Positions 9,992 to 21,339 of a DNA stretch of 64,000 nt are shown piece after piece (within the stretch, counting starts at the first letter, position 1; every line of letters begins with the position of its first letter). The notes under the pieces were generated by a model. It was not told where the DNA came from. It saw only the letters and a program-made list of their open reading frames with translations, and did no database searches. A program made the translations under genes and the position numbers. This DNA comes from Bryobacterales bacterium (lineage in GTDB: Bacteria > Acidobacteriota > Terriglobia > Bryobacterales > UBA6623), in NCBI GenBank assembly GCA_963422375.2, contig OY729428.2:3456001-3520000 (forward strand). The letters are read 5' to 3'.

Positions 9992-11251
9992 ATGCAAGCC
10001 ATGCAAATCGAGGGCGGTCGGCGCCTGTCCGGCCGCGTCCCGATCAGCGGCGCGAAGAACGCTGCGCTCCCCGCGCTTGCGGCCACCCTGCTGACCGAGG
10101 ATACCGTCACCCTGCGCAGACTGCCGAACGTCGTCGACGTACGCACGATGTCAAGGCTGATCGAGAACATCGGATCCTCCGTCGAGAGGGGCTCCGAGGC
10201 ATGCTCGCTAACGGCCCGCGGCACCCTCGACCCCACCGCTCCCTACGAGTTGGTCAAGACGATGCGCGCGTCCAGCCTGGTGCTCGGCCCCTTGGCGGCG
10301 CGGTGCGGCCGCGCGCGCGTCTCCATGCCGGGAGGCTGCGCGATCGGCACGCGGCCTATCGACATGCATCTTGCCGGCCTGGAAGAGCTGGGCGCGACAA
10401 TCCGCCACGACCACGGCTACATCGAGGCGGTAGCGCCTCCCGGCGGCCTGACCGGAAACCGGATCCATTTCCGCCGCCCGACGGTCACCGGGACGGAAGA
10501 CCTGATGATGGCCGCAGCGCTGGCCCGGGGCGAGAGCGTCCTCGTGAACGCCGCCTGCGAGCCCGAAGTCACGGATTTGGCGGCGCTGCTGTCCAAGATG
10601 GGGGCCCGCATCGAGGGAGCGGGCACCTCCACGATCCGGGTGCAGGGCGTTTCGGAGCTGGGCGGGACGGACCACGCGATCATCCCGGACCGCATCGAGA
10701 CGGGAACCTACCTAGTCGCGGGCGCGATGACCGGCGGCGAACTCGTTCTCGAGGGCGCGCAGCCCGACCACCTGCGGGCCGTGATCTCGAAGATGAGGCA
10801 AGCGGGCTGCGAGATCGAGATCCCAGACGCCACGACCTTGGTGGTGCGGCACCGAAGCCCGCTCGCGGCCGTCGACGTGACCACCCGCGAGCATCCGGGC
10901 TTCCCGACGGACATGCAGGCTCAGTTCATGGCGCTGATGACCCAGTCCGAGGGCACGTCGAACGTTCACGAGACGGTATTCGAGAACCGCTTCATGCACG
11001 CCCTCGAATTGCAGCGCATGGGAGCAGAGATCGCGATTGACGGGAACCGCGCAACGGTGCGGGGCAAGACCCCGCTGAGCGGGACGGACGTGATGGCTTC
11101 GGACTTGAGGGCGAGCGCCTGCCTGGTTCTAGCTGGTCTCGCGGCGGAGGGCCGCACGGTGGTTCACCGCATCTATCACCTCCAGCGAGGCTACGAACGC
11201 CTGGCGGACAAGCTGTCCTCTGTCGGCGCCATGATTCAGATTTCGGCCTAG
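9992..11251 (+). CDS. murA: UDP-N-acetylglucosamine 1-carboxyvinyltransferase
   Basis: SGAKNAALP, MRASSLVLGPL, PGGCAIGTRP (active-site Cys), PDRIETGT, PGFPTDMQ, FENRFMH and DLRA. Confidence 0.97.
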   Translation: MQAMQIEGGRRLSGRVPISGAKNAALPALAATLLTEDTVTLRRLPNVVDVRTMSRLIENIGSSVERGSEACSLTARGTLDPTAPYELVKTMRASSLVLGPLAARCGRARVSMPGGCAIGTRPIDMHLAGLEELGATIRHDHGYIEAVAPPGGLTGNRIHFRRPTVTGTEDLMMAAALARGESVLVNAACEPEVTDLAALLSKMGARIEGAGTSTIRVQGVSELGGTDHAIIPDRIETGTYLVAGAMTGGELVLEGAQPDHLRAVISKMRQAGCEIEIPDATTLVVRHRSPLAAVDVTTREHPGFPTDMQAQFMALMTQSEGTSNVHETVFENRFMHALELQRMGAEIAIDGNRATVRGKTPLSGTDVMASDLRASACLVLAGLAAEGRTVVHRIYHLQRGYERLADKLSSVGAMIQISA

Positions 11252-11695
11252 CGCCGTATCGAGCGGGTCATTGACGACCGCTCCACTGCATCAGCCGGCG
11301 ACCGCTCCCGAGTCCCGCCGGTCTCGGGTCCGGCCTGCCCGGGCGCGGCGACCACCCGCCGAATCCCGTTGCGGCATCGGGATCCAACCGACCGGCGAAC
11401 GATAGCAGCGTCATCAAGGGAATGCGTCTGGCGGTAGAGCGCCGGTTAGCCGTCGACCACTGGCCGGCGCGGAAGTCGGCAGCGCCCAGCAACCTCAAGC
11501 GGTCGGGGAACCGAGGCGGGGCCGAAGGCACGGAAGCCGACCCGCGAGCGGATTCGACAAGGCGGGGAATACCGCCAAGCCCGCGCGATTCTTCCGCCAC
11601 GCCGGCTTCCGTAATGCTGGCTACATCACGACCCGGCTCCGCCTTTTCGTTCCGTACGGCCTTCACAGCAATACCCCGGCCCGCTGGGACGCGGT

Positions 11696-12120
11696 TCACT
11701 TGGCTGGCAACTCTGGCAAATCTCGCAACGCGTCGTCGGGTTTGGGGGGAGGCGGCTCCGGTTGTCCGTCCCGAATCGCCTGCAGCCGCCTCGCGTTCCA
11801 GTCCGCCCAGCTCTTGTTCGTCTTCGCGATGCCCCTGGCCTCGCCCTCGGCGCGACCCCTCTCAAGCCGCCGGGCATACCATCGCCTCTTGTACGCCTCT
11901 GACAACACGTGCCTCACCTCCACTAGGACTATGCTCCAAGCGGCGAAGCCTCCGACATCGCCGCGACATCTCGGCAAATCGCGTTGAGCAGCCCGATCGG
12001 ATCTGAACCGTCCCGTTGCGACACATGGCGATAGACCGTCGCGATGGTTTCGGAAACAAGCAAGAAGTAGAAGATCTTGGAGTAAGAGTCCCTCTATTCG
12101 GACGGAACGCTCCAAGTTGA
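11696..12120 (-). pseudogene. Decayed small membrane protein with a GRAEGEARG coiled-coil tail
   Basis: The 3' part reads SIVLVEV..LSEAYKRR..ERGRAEGEARGIAKTNKSWADWNARR..PPPP; the 5' hydrophobic part (WSVPSE*RDSYSKIFYFLLV) lies in another frame with a stop. Confidence 0.5.
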
Positions 12121-12583
12121 CTGGCGCTCTTCCTTGCCGTCGCGATCTTCACGATCCGAGCCGTCGACATCCATCAACTTGCTCCACTATTGCAATGGTC
12201 ATCTCTCCAGTGCCAAGCGATTCGGTGCAGGCGATGCACGCTCGCCTGAAATTGTCCCCGCGGATCCCGCGCACGCCAGCCGTCCGTATAGACTCGACCC
12301 AATCGGCCAGCTCGACCTTATTCGGACTCTCGGTATCCGCCTTCGGCGTTCGCACGGCATCCGCCGCCTAGGCGACCAGGCGATGGGCCGCGACGCGACA
12401 TCGGCCGACCGCGTATGACTGCTCTTCGGCGGGCCACAGCAGCAGGGGCCGGCGAGGCCCGTGGCGTCGACTGGCCCTGGGGGTACGTTGGGGCGCTACC
12501 GAATAACGCCCTACCTACCGAGCGGAGCGACGCGCGCAATCGAGGTCGCTGCGGTCGAGGCTCGCTCCCCTCGGCGAGGCGAC

Positions 12584-13876
12584 TCAGCGCTCCAGCGAAA
12601 AGCGCACAATCTCCTCATCGTTCCGGATGATCACGTGCCGGTTCGCGTAGGCGGGGTGGGTCCAGTGGACAGCGCCGAACTCGCGCCTCCGGCGCAGCGG
12701 ATTCGTCGGTCGCATGAGCGTGGCGCGATCCAGCTCCTCGTAGCCCGCAGGCGTGAACCTCGCGATCACCAGCTCGCCACGATCATTGTTAATGAAGTAC
12801 CGGTCCTCATGGCGCACGATCTGGCCCGAAGCCCAGCGTGCGTTCTCCTTGGTCAGGTCCAAGGTTTCCCAGACCCGGGCGCCGGTCCGAGCGTCGAGGC
12901 AGCGGAGGTGTCCGTAGCTGCCGATCCCGTAAACGTGGTTTCCGTCCACAACGGGAGTAGTGACTAGGGAATGCAGCCCATCCGTATCGATCTCGCTGTC
13001 GCTGCCGCCCTTCCAGACCAGCTCCGCCGCCGGACGGTCGGACAGGAGGCGGTACATGCGCGATCCGTTGTAGAACGACGAGACCAGCAGACCGTGGCTG
13101 CTCAGGACCGGCGTCGCCACGGTCAGGCCCGCTTGGATCTTGAAAGGCTCGTGCCAGTAGATCTCGCCCGTCTCCGGGTTCAGCGACGACACCGCGGACG
13201 GATGCCACACGATGAGCTGCCGAGCTCCGCCCGCCTCGACGATGATGGGCGGGTCGTATCCGGGCTCCGACGTGGCCTCGATCGCGCGCCAGATCTCCCG
13301 CCCCGTCAGCTTGTCGAATGCGACGACCTTGGCGTCCGGAGACCCGCCAACCAAAGCGACCAGGCGCTCCCCGTCCACGAGCGGGGCTCCGACGAAACCC
13401 CAGGTGGGCAGCTCGGCAGCGAAGTCGGCCCGGTAGTTCCGGTGCCATATCTCCTCCCCGCTGTCCGCTCGGATGCAGAATAGATCGCCCATAGACCCGA
13501 GCACGTAGACGCGCTCCCTGTCCGCGGTCGGAGTCGCGCGCGGCCCGAGCGGATACTGCAGGCCGGCGTAGTCGACCGGCCATTCCTTCTCCCAGAGAAG
13601 CTCGCCGGTCGCCTCGTCTAGGCACAGAGCTCGCTCGATGCCCTTGCGGTTGTCGGTGGAACGGTAGTCCGTGACGAAAACGCGCCCGTCCGCGACGGCC
13701 GGGCCCGCGTAGCCGTTGGCGATCGGCTTGGACCAAGCGCGCTTCGGCCCGCCGGGCGGGAAGCGGTCCAAAATACCGGTCTCGCTCCAGACGCCGAGGC
13801 GGTCCTTCCCGCGCCACTGGGGCCAGTCCTCGGCGACCAGCAAGGGCGAGGCAAGCAGGAACAGCAACAGCAGCAT
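12584..13876 (-). CDS. Secreted PQQ-binding-like beta-propeller protein
   Basis: MLLLLFLLASPLLVA signal peptide, DWPQWRG, GYAGPAVADGRVF, WTHPAYAN. Confidence 0.88.
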   Translation of the reverse strand: MLLLLFLLASPLLVAEDWPQWRGKDRLGVWSETGILDRFPPGGPKRAWSKPIANGYAGPAVADGRVFVTDYRSTDNRKGIERALCLDEATGELLWEKEWPVDYAGLQYPLGPRATPTADRERVYVLGSMGDLFCIRADSGEEIWHRNYRADFAAELPTWGFVGAPLVDGERLVALVGGSPDAKVVAFDKLTGREIWRAIEATSEPGYDPPIIVEAGGARQLIVWHPSAVSSLNPETGEIYWHEPFKIQAGLTVATPVLSSHGLLVSSFYNGSRMYRLLSDRPAAELVWKGGSDSEIDTDGLHSLVTTPVVDGNHVYGIGSYGHLRCLDARTGARVWETLDLTKENARWASGQIVRHEDRYFINNDRGELVIARFTPAGYEELDRATLMRPTNPLRRRREFGAVHWTHPAYANRHVIIRNDEEIVRFSLER

Positions 13877-14279
13877 GTCTCGCCATTGTACGGGGCGCGC
13901 CAAGGTTATTTCCGACTTCGACGAATGCTGGCAGCCCGCCCGAAACCACTGGCGGAGCGCCTGCCCGGGCGTCCGCTCGCCCTCTCGATGGCGATCCTCT
14001 GGACGCCGACCTGAGTAGGGCAGTCTGAAGAGTCTCTCCTCGGTCAGCCAAAGAGCATGAACCTGACTACGGCGGCTCCTCGGAGCCCCTGGGAGAATCC
14101 ACCGGACCTGGTCTCTTGCGAAGCCGCCGATCCGGCCGTCCGGAGCCTGGCGGTCCGGACGTTGACCCTCGATGCGAACTCGGAGCGCCCAGCCCGGTCC
14201 CGGCTGCGGTCCCGCGCGCTCGCTAGCATGACTGCAGACGCGGGGCCGCGGTTGCGCTCGCCCTCGGACCGAAGCGGTC

Positions 14280-15170
14280 ATGGAATCCAGTCGACATCGA
14301 ATCGGCGCGCACACCTCCGCCGCGGGCGGCGTGCATCGCGCGGCAGAGGAAGCCGTCAGGATCGGCTGCAACGCCTTGCAGGTGTTCACGCGCAGCCCGC
14401 GGATGTGGCGCGGCTCGGCCCCCTCGCCGCGCAGTGTCGAGCGCCTTGCGGAACTGCGGCGCGAGCACGACATTCGCCCGGTCGCCGTGCATGGGTGCTA
14501 CCTCACCAACCTCGCCGCCGCGGACGGAACCGTTCAGAGCAAGTCCCGTCTGTCGTTTCGACTCGAGATCGACAACGCCAGGGCGATCGGGGCGGACTAC
14601 CTCGTGATTCACCCGGGCAGCGCGCGAGGCCAGTCCAAGGAGCGCGCGATCGCAGTCTTCGCGACCGCCGTGGCCGAGGTCCAGGACGGGTTCGATTGGG
14701 GATCGCTGCGGCTGCTGCTCGAGAACACCGCCGGGGGCGGAGCGACGCTCGGAAGGTCCTTCGAGGAGCTGGCCGCGCTACGCGCGGCCGTGGAGGCGCG
14801 CTGCGACGCGCCGCTCGGCTTCTGCATCGACACGGCGCACTGTTTCGCAGCCGGCTACGATGTCTCGACCGCGGCGGGCCTGGAGGACACGGCGGCCCGC
14901 ATCCGGCAGCGCCTCGGCATGGAGAGCCTGCACCTGATCCACGCCAACGATTCGAAGACGCCGCTGGGCTCCAACAGCGACCGGCACGAATCCATCGCGG
15001 ACGGGCACATCGGCGCGAAGGCCTTCGCCCGGATCCTGGGGCACGCCGAGCTGGCGGACAAGCCCTTCATCCTCGAGACGCCCTTCATCGACGAGAGCCA
15101 TCGCGAGAACGTGCGCAGGCTCCGCGCCCTGGCCGAGGGCCGGATCGCGGACCTGCGGGCCGGCAGCTAG
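14280..15170 (+). CDS. nfo: Endonuclease IV (AP endonuclease)
   Basis: IGAHTS, QVFTRSPRMW, HGCYLTNLA, HPGS, LENTAG, CIDTAH, HANDSK, DRHE and ILETP zinc-ligand motifs. Confidence 0.95.
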   Translation: MESSRHRIGAHTSAAGGVHRAAEEAVRIGCNALQVFTRSPRMWRGSAPSPRSVERLAELRREHDIRPVAVHGCYLTNLAAADGTVQSKSRLSFRLEIDNARAIGADYLVIHPGSARGQSKERAIAVFATAVAEVQDGFDWGSLRLLLENTAGGGATLGRSFEELAALRAAVEARCDAPLGFCIDTAHCFAAGYDVSTAAGLEDTAARIRQRLGMESLHLIHANDSKTPLGSNSDRHESIADGHIGAKAFARILGHAELADKPFILETPFIDESHRENVRRLRALAEGRIADLRAGS

Positions 15171-15289
15171 TCGTCGCTTCTGCCTCCGGCTAGCGGGCAC
15201 GGGCTCCCGCCCGAGCCGACTCCCATCAGTTTAGTCCACCGCGTCCCGCATCGGCCCCGACGGCCCTCCGACCGCGCAGCACGACTCGC

Positions 15290-16102
15290 TCAGGCGACGG
15301 GCAGCGCGGACGCCGCGAGTTTCCTGTAGGCCTGCCGCACCGCGGGGAGGCGGGCCCCTCGCGCGTCGCCGAACGGCACGAGAGCGTCCGGCTCCGGCGG
15401 CTGCCTCACGCCCCCGGCTAGGATCCAATCGCGCGTCCGCGGGACGGGAGCCGCGGGGCTCACGGGCGAGTAAAGCCATCCGGCCGGCCGGCCGGCCGCG
15501 GCGAACTTCGCCGCGATCGGCTGGATCTCGCCGTCCGGCAGGGACCCGAACGCCCGGAACCACGCCTCCGGGGCGGCATCGGCGATCAGCTGAACCAGCG
15601 GCATGCAGTCGACTCGCCCCAGCCAGTCCGCGTTCACGAGCAAGTCGGCCACCACGAAATCGTACGAGGTTCCCGCGCGCGCCAAGTAGTCCTCGGCATC
15701 GGCCACGTGCAGGCGCAGCCGGCCGGCCCGCTCGTAGTGGCGCACCAGCGGGTGAAACTCCCGCGCCATGCCCGCCATGGCCGGATCCGCGTCCACCGCG
15801 TCCATCTCCAAGCCCGCGAACTGGTGCAGCAAGCCGACCGTCCCGCAGCCCCCGCCGAATCCGAGCATCAGGCCGCGCCCGCCGGGGTGTCTCTGCCCCG
15901 CCAGCAGCCAAGCGAGCTGGTACCGCGTCTCCATCACGGGTCCGGGTCCGGCGGGCAGCGCCGGGTCCGCCCAGGCCGCGCCCGGTTGCAGCAGCGAGGC
16001 GCCCTGCAGCACGCCGCCGATCGTGAAGCGGCGCGCGTCGGCCGTGTCCACGACGCCCACGCGCCCGAACAGGCCCTCGCGTTCGAGCCTGACCGCGGGC
16101 AC
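15290..16102 (-). CDS. Class I SAM-dependent methyltransferase, spermidine-synthase-like
   Basis: LMLGFGGG, DAVDADP, LHVADAEDYL and YDFVVAD motifs; 5 bp downstream of lptB. Confidence 0.75.
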   Translation of the reverse strand: MPAVRLEREGLFGRVGVVDTADARRFTIGGVLQGASLLQPGAAWADPALPAGPGPVMETRYQLAWLLAGQRHPGGRGLMLGFGGGCGTVGLLHQFAGLEMDAVDADPAMAGMAREFHPLVRHYERAGRLRLHVADAEDYLARAGTSYDFVVADLLVNADWLGRVDCMPLVQLIADAAPEAWFRAFGSLPDGEIQPIAAKFAAAGRPAGWLYSPVSPAAPVPRTRDWILAGGVRQPPEPDALVPFGDARGARLPAVRQAYRKLAASALPVA

Positions 16103-16107
16103 CGCGG

Positions 16108-16854
16108 TCAGCTCCGCTTCCCAGCGCGCACGGCCATCTCGAAGTGCTCGCCGAGGTAGACCCGCCGCACCTCGGGGTCGGCTTGCAGTTCCCGCGGCTG
16201 CCCGGCCCGGAAGACGGATCCGTTGTGGATGATCAGCGCCCGGTCGGTCACGGCCAGCGTCTCGCGGACGTTGTGGTCGGTGATCACTATGCCGATTCCC
16301 TCCCGACTCAGTCTACCGAGGACGCCTTGCAGCTCGAGCACCTGCTTCGGGTCGATCCCGGAGAACGGCTCGTCCAGCAGCAGGAAGCTGGGCGACAGCA
16401 CGAGCGAGCGCGCGATCTCGACGCGCCGGCGCTCGCCCCCCGAGAGCTGGTACCCCCGGCTGCCGCGCACCTTGTCCAGCCCGAGCAGGGCGATCAGGTC
16501 GTCCAGCCGCTCGCGGCGCTCCGCGCGGACCAAGGGCAGCGTCTGCAGGATCGCCAGGATGTTCTCGTCCGCGGTGAGCCTGCGGAAGACCGACGCCTCC
16601 TGCGGCAGGTAACTGATGCCCAGGCGGGCCCGCTGATACATCGGCGTGTCGGTGATGTCGCTGTCGTCGACGAACACCCTGCCCGCATCGGGGCGGACCA
16701 GACCCGCGATCATGTTGAACGAAGTCGTCTTCCCCGCCCCGTTCGGCCCCAGCAGGCCGACGATCTCGCCCCGGCGGACCTCCAGCGTGAAGTCGCTGAC
16801 GACCTGGCGGCCCCCGTAGCTCTTGGAGAGCCCCTCGGTGCGCAGCGCTTCCAT
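16108..16854 (-). CDS. lptB: LPS export ABC transporter ATP-binding protein
   Basis: [45 protein letters not shown] and [10 protein letters not shown]. Confidence 0.96.
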   Translation of the reverse strand: MEALRTEGLSKSYGGRQVVSDFTLEVRRGEIVGLLGPNGAGKTTSFNMIAGLVRPDAGRVFVDDSDITDTPMYQRARLGISYLPQEASVFRRLTADENILAILQTLPLVRAERRERLDDLIALLGLDKVRGSRGYQLSGGERRRVEIARSLVLSPSFLLLDEPFSGIDPKQVLELQGVLGRLSREGIGIVITDHNVRETLAVTDRALIIHNGSVFRAGQPRELQADPEVRRVYLGEHFEMAVRAGKRS

Positions 16855-16874
16855 CGGGCGGACGCTCCGGGCGG

Positions 16875-19094
16875 CTACCGCGACGCCGGGCTGTAGGTGT
16901 AGGCACGCTGCGCCCCGCCGCCCCGCGCGAGCAGGCTGTCGCCGTCCATGCGGAAAGTCAGGCGAGCGCCGCGCGTCTCGGTGCCGTCCGGCGAGAGCAG
17001 CCGCGCCGGCCTGCCCGCCAGACGGACTTCCGAGTCGGCCGGGAGGAACTCCGCGGTGTCGGCGAACCCGCGGATCCCCGTGCCGTCGGCGAATTCGGCG
17101 ATCCGCACGCTACCGCTGGCCACCGCCGTGCCGGACGGTGACTCGCCCGCTTCGCCCAGAGCCGCGCGCAACTGCTCGCACAGCGCTCGGAAGCCGCTCC
17201 GGCGGAAGTCCACCGACTCCCGGAACCAAGCCTCCCCGGTCCCCTCGTCGTAGGCCATGCGCGCGGCCAGCACGGAGACGGAGCCGCCGGAATCCGCGGA
17301 GTCGGACCACCGCGCCGAGACGGCCCCCTCGGCGCGGAGCGCCGCCGCCGCCCGGTCGAGGACGATCGCATCCGCGTCGATGCGGTTCCGGCCCTGCCAG
17401 AGCCGGGCCTCGCCCCGATACTCCAGCGCGCTGCCGCCAGGCGCCGCAACCAGCGAGTCCGCAGCGGCGAAGACCGCCTGCTGGCTCCCGAATAACCCGG
17501 ACGGCAGGCCCGCGCCGTCGCCGCCCGGCGCGACGGACACGGTCACGCCGCCGCGGGCCTCCAGCCGGCCCGACTCCCGGTCGAGTTCGATGCGACTTGC
17601 GGAAACGACGCTCCCTCCGTCGGACACGCTGGCCGCGCCGACGAGCGTCAGCGCGCCGCCTTCCAGCTCGAAGCGCGCCTCTTCGGACTCGCCTCGCCTC
17701 GCCTCCCCGCCGTCGGGGCGCCGCTCTTCGAAACGGAAGCCTCCCTCCTGGCGGATGCCCGAGATCGCGGCCGTCGCCGGATCGAACGCAGCCGTCAGGC
17801 TCTCGCTCCAGGTCCGCAGGCCGGGCCCGCCCGCCTCGCCGGCCGCCTGGAACATGCGCGCGTCGCCCGCAGCGTCCAAGGCCTCGACCCGGTTCCCGCC
17901 GCCGTAGCGCAAGCTGATCCGATCAGCCTCCAATGTTCGGGAGGCCGCCCGCGGGTCGGGCGACACCTGCTCCAGGCGCCCCCTGCGCAGAGTCTGGACG
18001 CGCTCGACCTCGCTCGACGCGGCGCGCATCTCCAGCAGCAGCTCCTCCGACCGAATCGTGTTGCGCGAGCCGTCCGGCAGCAGGTCCATGCGGGCTCGCG
18101 CGTCGCCGCCCGCCTCGACCCGCTTCAGGAAGCTGCGGCCCGCGACCGGCCCCGGATCGTACAGCAGGTCCACGGACCGGCCTCGCACGCTGACGCCGCT
18201 GCCGGGGCCCGACGCAACGAAGCGCGTCTCGCCGCGACCGCGCAGTTGCAGCAGCTCGCCTGCCTGCCCGAAGTCGGCCCGCATCTCCGGCGTAGCGAAG
18301 CGGGACTCGCCGCCTGCGGAAGCCTCGCCGCCGTTCGCCGCGTCAGCATCCAGGCGGCTGAGCCGTCCGCCGGCCAGCCACAGCGTTCCGCGGGCGCAGT
18401 CCATCCAGCGCGGGCCCTGGCGGACGCTGGCCCCGCCGGTCAAGTCGATCCGCCCGCGCGCTTCGCGATACAGCAGGCCGCCCGCCCGAATCGTCGTCCG
18501 GGATCGCACGTCGCCGTCTCCCGCCGTTTCGATCCAGACGTCCGCAAGCATCCGCAGCGTCCCGGACCCGGCCTGGTACTCGGCCCCCGCGGAGCGCCCG
18601 CGGCCTCCCTCAAACTCGTAGCGCACCAGCCGGTCGGTGCGCGCGCTATTGGCCGCGGGCCGGAACGTGACCCCGGACGTGGACGCCACGACCGGCCGGT
18701 CGGGGTCTCCCTCGGAGATGCCCAGCGTAAACACGGTCTCGCCCTCGCTGTACAGGTCGCCCCCGTCGGCCAAGCGCATCGCGGCGCTCTCGACTCGGTC
18801 GTGCGTGTCCGAGCCGCCACGAAAGATCTTCAGCACCACGCCCCGCAGGTCGGTCTGCACGCCGTCCGCGCCCTGAACGAAATCCTCGGCGCTGACCTCG
18901 ATGCGGGTCGAGTCCCCGGTGGTCTGCGTCCAGCGCCAGCTCTGCGATTGGGCTCCGATGCGTTCCGGCAGGACGGGCAGCGTGTCGGGCAGGAATCCCG
19001 CACCGGCACCTCGCGATTCCATGTAATCGCGCGCGACAAAGGCCATCAGGCCCACTGCTAACAGAACGAGCAGGGATCGCAGTGATTTCTGCAA
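16875..19094 (-). CDS. Large LptC/LptA (OstA) beta-jellyroll periplasmic LPS-bridge protein
   Basis: N-terminal TM anchor, then repeated OstA-like strands ([19 protein letters not shown]); directly upstream of lptB; TTG start inferred. Confidence 0.8.
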   Translation of the reverse strand: MQKSLRSLLVLLAVGLMAFVARDYMESRGAGAGFLPDTLPVLPERIGAQSQSWRWTQTTGDSTRIEVSAEDFVQGADGVQTDLRGVVLKIFRGGSDTHDRVESAAMRLADGGDLYSEGETVFTLGISEGDPDRPVVASTSGVTFRPAANSARTDRLVRYEFEGGRGRSAGAEYQAGSGTLRMLADVWIETAGDGDVRSRTTIRAGGLLYREARGRIDLTGGASVRQGPRWMDCARGTLWLAGGRLSRLDADAANGGEASAGGESRFATPEMRADFGQAGELLQLRGRGETRFVASGPGSGVSVRGRSVDLLYDPGPVAGRSFLKRVEAGGDARARMDLLPDGSRNTIRSEELLLEMRAASSEVERVQTLRRGRLEQVSPDPRAASRTLEADRISLRYGGGNRVEALDAAGDARMFQAAGEAGGPGLRTWSESLTAAFDPATAAISGIRQEGGFRFEERRPDGGEARRGESEEARFELEGGALTLVGAASVSDGGSVVSASRIELDRESGRLEARGGVTVSVAPGGDGAGLPSGLFGSQQAVFAAADSLVAAPGGSALEYRGEARLWQGRNRIDADAIVLDRAAAALRAEGAVSARWSDSADSGGSVSVLAARMAYDEGTGEAWFRESVDFRRSGFRALCEQLRAALGEAGESPSGTAVASGSVRIAEFADGTGIRGFADTAEFLPADSEVRLAGRPARLLSPDGTETRGARLTFRMDGDSLLARGGGAQRAYTYSPASR

Positions 19095-19108
19095 ACGATC
19101 TGATGGTA

Positions 19109-21247
19109 TCAGGGGCCGTGCTCGAACTGACCCGCCGCCGTGCGCGGCAGCGCGAACGCCACGTAGCTGCCTCCCGACTCCGCGCCGGTCTTGCCGCCGC
19201 CGGCGGCGATCACGACGAACTGGCGGCCGTCCGCCGCGTAAGTCGAGGGCGTCGCGTTGCCGCCGGCCGGCAGCGTCGTCTCCCAGAGCAGTTCGCCCGT
19301 CAGCTTGTCGAATGCCCGGAACTTCTTGTCGCGGGCGGTCGCGCCGATGAACAGCAGGCCGCTCGCGGTGACCACCGGGCCGCCGTAGTTCTCGGTACCT
19401 GTCACGGGCATACCTTGAGCGGTCAGCTCGGGATACTCGCCCAGGAGCACGGTCCAGTCGATCCGGCCGGTGTCGAGATTGACGGCGTTGAGCGTGCCCC
19501 ATGGCGGCTCGATAGCCGGATACCCGTCGGGATCCAGGAAGCGGTTGTACCCGTCGTGGGTGTACGGCGACTCGGAGGCGCCGGCGGCCGGTATTTCGAC
19601 CTGCGCGGTCGAGTCCCCCTCCAGGACGAATCGCGCGATCACCTTCGCCGCTGCCTCGCTCAGGCCGGGAAACGCCGGCATGCGGCCCGAGCCGCCGCGG
19701 ACGATCCGGACGAACTCGCCGACAGCCAGCGGCAGGTCCAGCAATGAGGGGAAGGCCGGAGGAGTCCCGCTCAAGTCGTCCTGATGGCAGGCCGCGCAGT
19801 GCCGCTGGTAGAGACGCTTTCCGTTTGCCGGTCCGCCAGCGGCCCCCCTGGGCAAGAGCCGGTGGATCCACGCCATCTCGTTGACGTTCACGTACAGCAG
19901 CCCCGTTTCCGGATCGAAGGCCTGGCCGCCCCATTCGGCACCGCCGTCGAAGCCGGGGAACACGATCGATCCCTGCAGGCTCATCGGCGTGAACATGCCC
20001 TCGCTCCGCACCCGCCGGAACCGCTTCAGCACGGCCTCGCGGGCCTCGGGCGTGCGGGTCGTCAGGTCGCTTTCCGTGAGGCGCTGCCGTCCCAGGGGCG
20101 GCGGGGCCGCGGGCACGAGCTGGCTCCGCGCCAGCCGCTCCCCGGGAACGTTCGAAGGAATCATCTCGAGCTCCCTGAGCGGGAACAGGGGCTCCCCGGT
20201 CTCGCGATCGAAGACGTAGACCATGCTCATCTTCGTCGACACCGCCACCGCGTCGACCAGCCGTCCTCCGCGCATCGCGGTCACGAGCACCGGAGGGGCG
20301 GGCACGTCCATGTCCCAGACGTCGTGCCGTACGAGCTGGTGGTGCCACACCAGCTCGCCGGTCCGCGCGCGCAGGCAGAGGAGCGAATTGGCGTACAGGT
20401 TGTCGCCGTGGCGGTTGCCTCCCCAGAAGTCGAACGCGCCCGAGCCCGTGCCCGCGTAGACCAGCCCGCGACGCTCATCGAGCGCCATGCCGGCCCAGGA
20501 GTTCGCTCCCCCGAGAGTCTTCCAAGCGTCTTCCGGCCAGGTCTCGTAGCCCGGCTCGCCCGGGTGGGGGATCGTGTGGAAGGCCCAGCGGAGCTGCCCC
20601 GTCGCGGCGTCGTAGGCGCGGATGTCGCCCGGCGCGCTCGGCAGGCCCTCGCTGACCACGCTCCCGACGACGAGCAGGTCCTCGTAGACTACACCGGGCG
20701 TCCGGAGGCTGACCGAGAGCTCCATCGAGCGGGGCTGGAGATGCTCCCGCAGGTCGATCGCGCCGCCCTCGCCGAATCCGGGGACGGGCTCGCCCGTGCG
20801 GGCGTCCAAGGCGTACAGCAGATGCCGCGCGCCGGTGTAGATCCGGGAATCTTCGCCGTTCCGCCAGTGCATGAAGCCCCGGTTCTGCGTGCGGCCCTTG
20901 AAGGGCGCGCCGTCCACTTCGAGCCGCCGCGTCCAAGCCTCTTCCCCGGTCGCGGCGTCAAGGGCGAAGACGCGGCCGTCGGGGCTGAGGCCGTACAGGA
21001 GTCCGCCGGCGACCAGAGGGTTGACCTGGATCTGAGAGCCGGGCGACTCGTCCCCCGCTTCGTACCGCCACGCGACTTCCAGCTGGGAGACATTGCCGGG
21101 ATGGATCTGGCTCAGGCGCGAGTACCGCCGCTGCTCCGGCCCGCCGCCGTAAACGTCCCAACCCTCGTACCCGCTCGAGGGCGCCCGACGGGAGTCGACG
21201 CACCCTGCGGAGACCAGGCAGGCCAGTACCGGCGCGAACCAACGCAT
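19109..21247 (-). CDS. PQQ-dependent (glucose-type) dehydrogenase with an inserted cytochrome c domain
   Basis: Lipoprotein-like signal, [39 protein letters not shown] heme motif, PPWGTL and GTENYGG. Confidence 0.92.
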   Translation of the reverse strand: MRWFAPVLACLVSAGCVDSRRAPSSGYEGWDVYGGGPEQRRYSRLSQIHPGNVSQLEVAWRYEAGDESPGSQIQVNPLVAGGLLYGLSPDGRVFALDAATGEEAWTRRLEVDGAPFKGRTQNRGFMHWRNGEDSRIYTGARHLLYALDARTGEPVPGFGEGGAIDLREHLQPRSMELSVSLRTPGVVYEDLLVVGSVVSEGLPSAPGDIRAYDAATGQLRWAFHTIPHPGEPGYETWPEDAWKTLGGANSWAGMALDERRGLVYAGTGSGAFDFWGGNRHGDNLYANSLLCLRARTGELVWHHQLVRHDVWDMDVPAPPVLVTAMRGGRLVDAVAVSTKMSMVYVFDRETGEPLFPLRELEMIPSNVPGERLARSQLVPAAPPPLGRQRLTESDLTTRTPEAREAVLKRFRRVRSEGMFTPMSLQGSIVFPGFDGGAEWGGQAFDPETGLLYVNVNEMAWIHRLLPRGAAGGPANGKRLYQRHCAACHQDDLSGTPPAFPSLLDLPLAVGEFVRIVRGGSGRMPAFPGLSEAAAKVIARFVLEGDSTAQVEIPAAGASESPYTHDGYNRFLDPDGYPAIEPPWGTLNAVNLDTGRIDWTVLLGEYPELTAQGMPVTGTENYGGPVVTASGLLFIGATARDKKFRAFDKLTGELLWETTLPAGGNATPSTYAADGRQFVVIAAGGGKTGAESGGSYVAFALPRTAAGQFEHGP

Positions 21248-21339
21248 AAAGCGGTCATTCTAGCGCCCGGCGGCGCGCCCAAGGGCTGCGCGCGGCCGTC
21301 GACCGGGCCCCGCAATCGCGGTGCTATGGTGAGTCGTTC

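Noticed and set aside
16875..20348. 1157 aa version of the LptC/LptA ORF
   Set aside because: Its N-terminal 418 aa overlap the PQQ dehydrogenase in another frame; the real start is near 19094.
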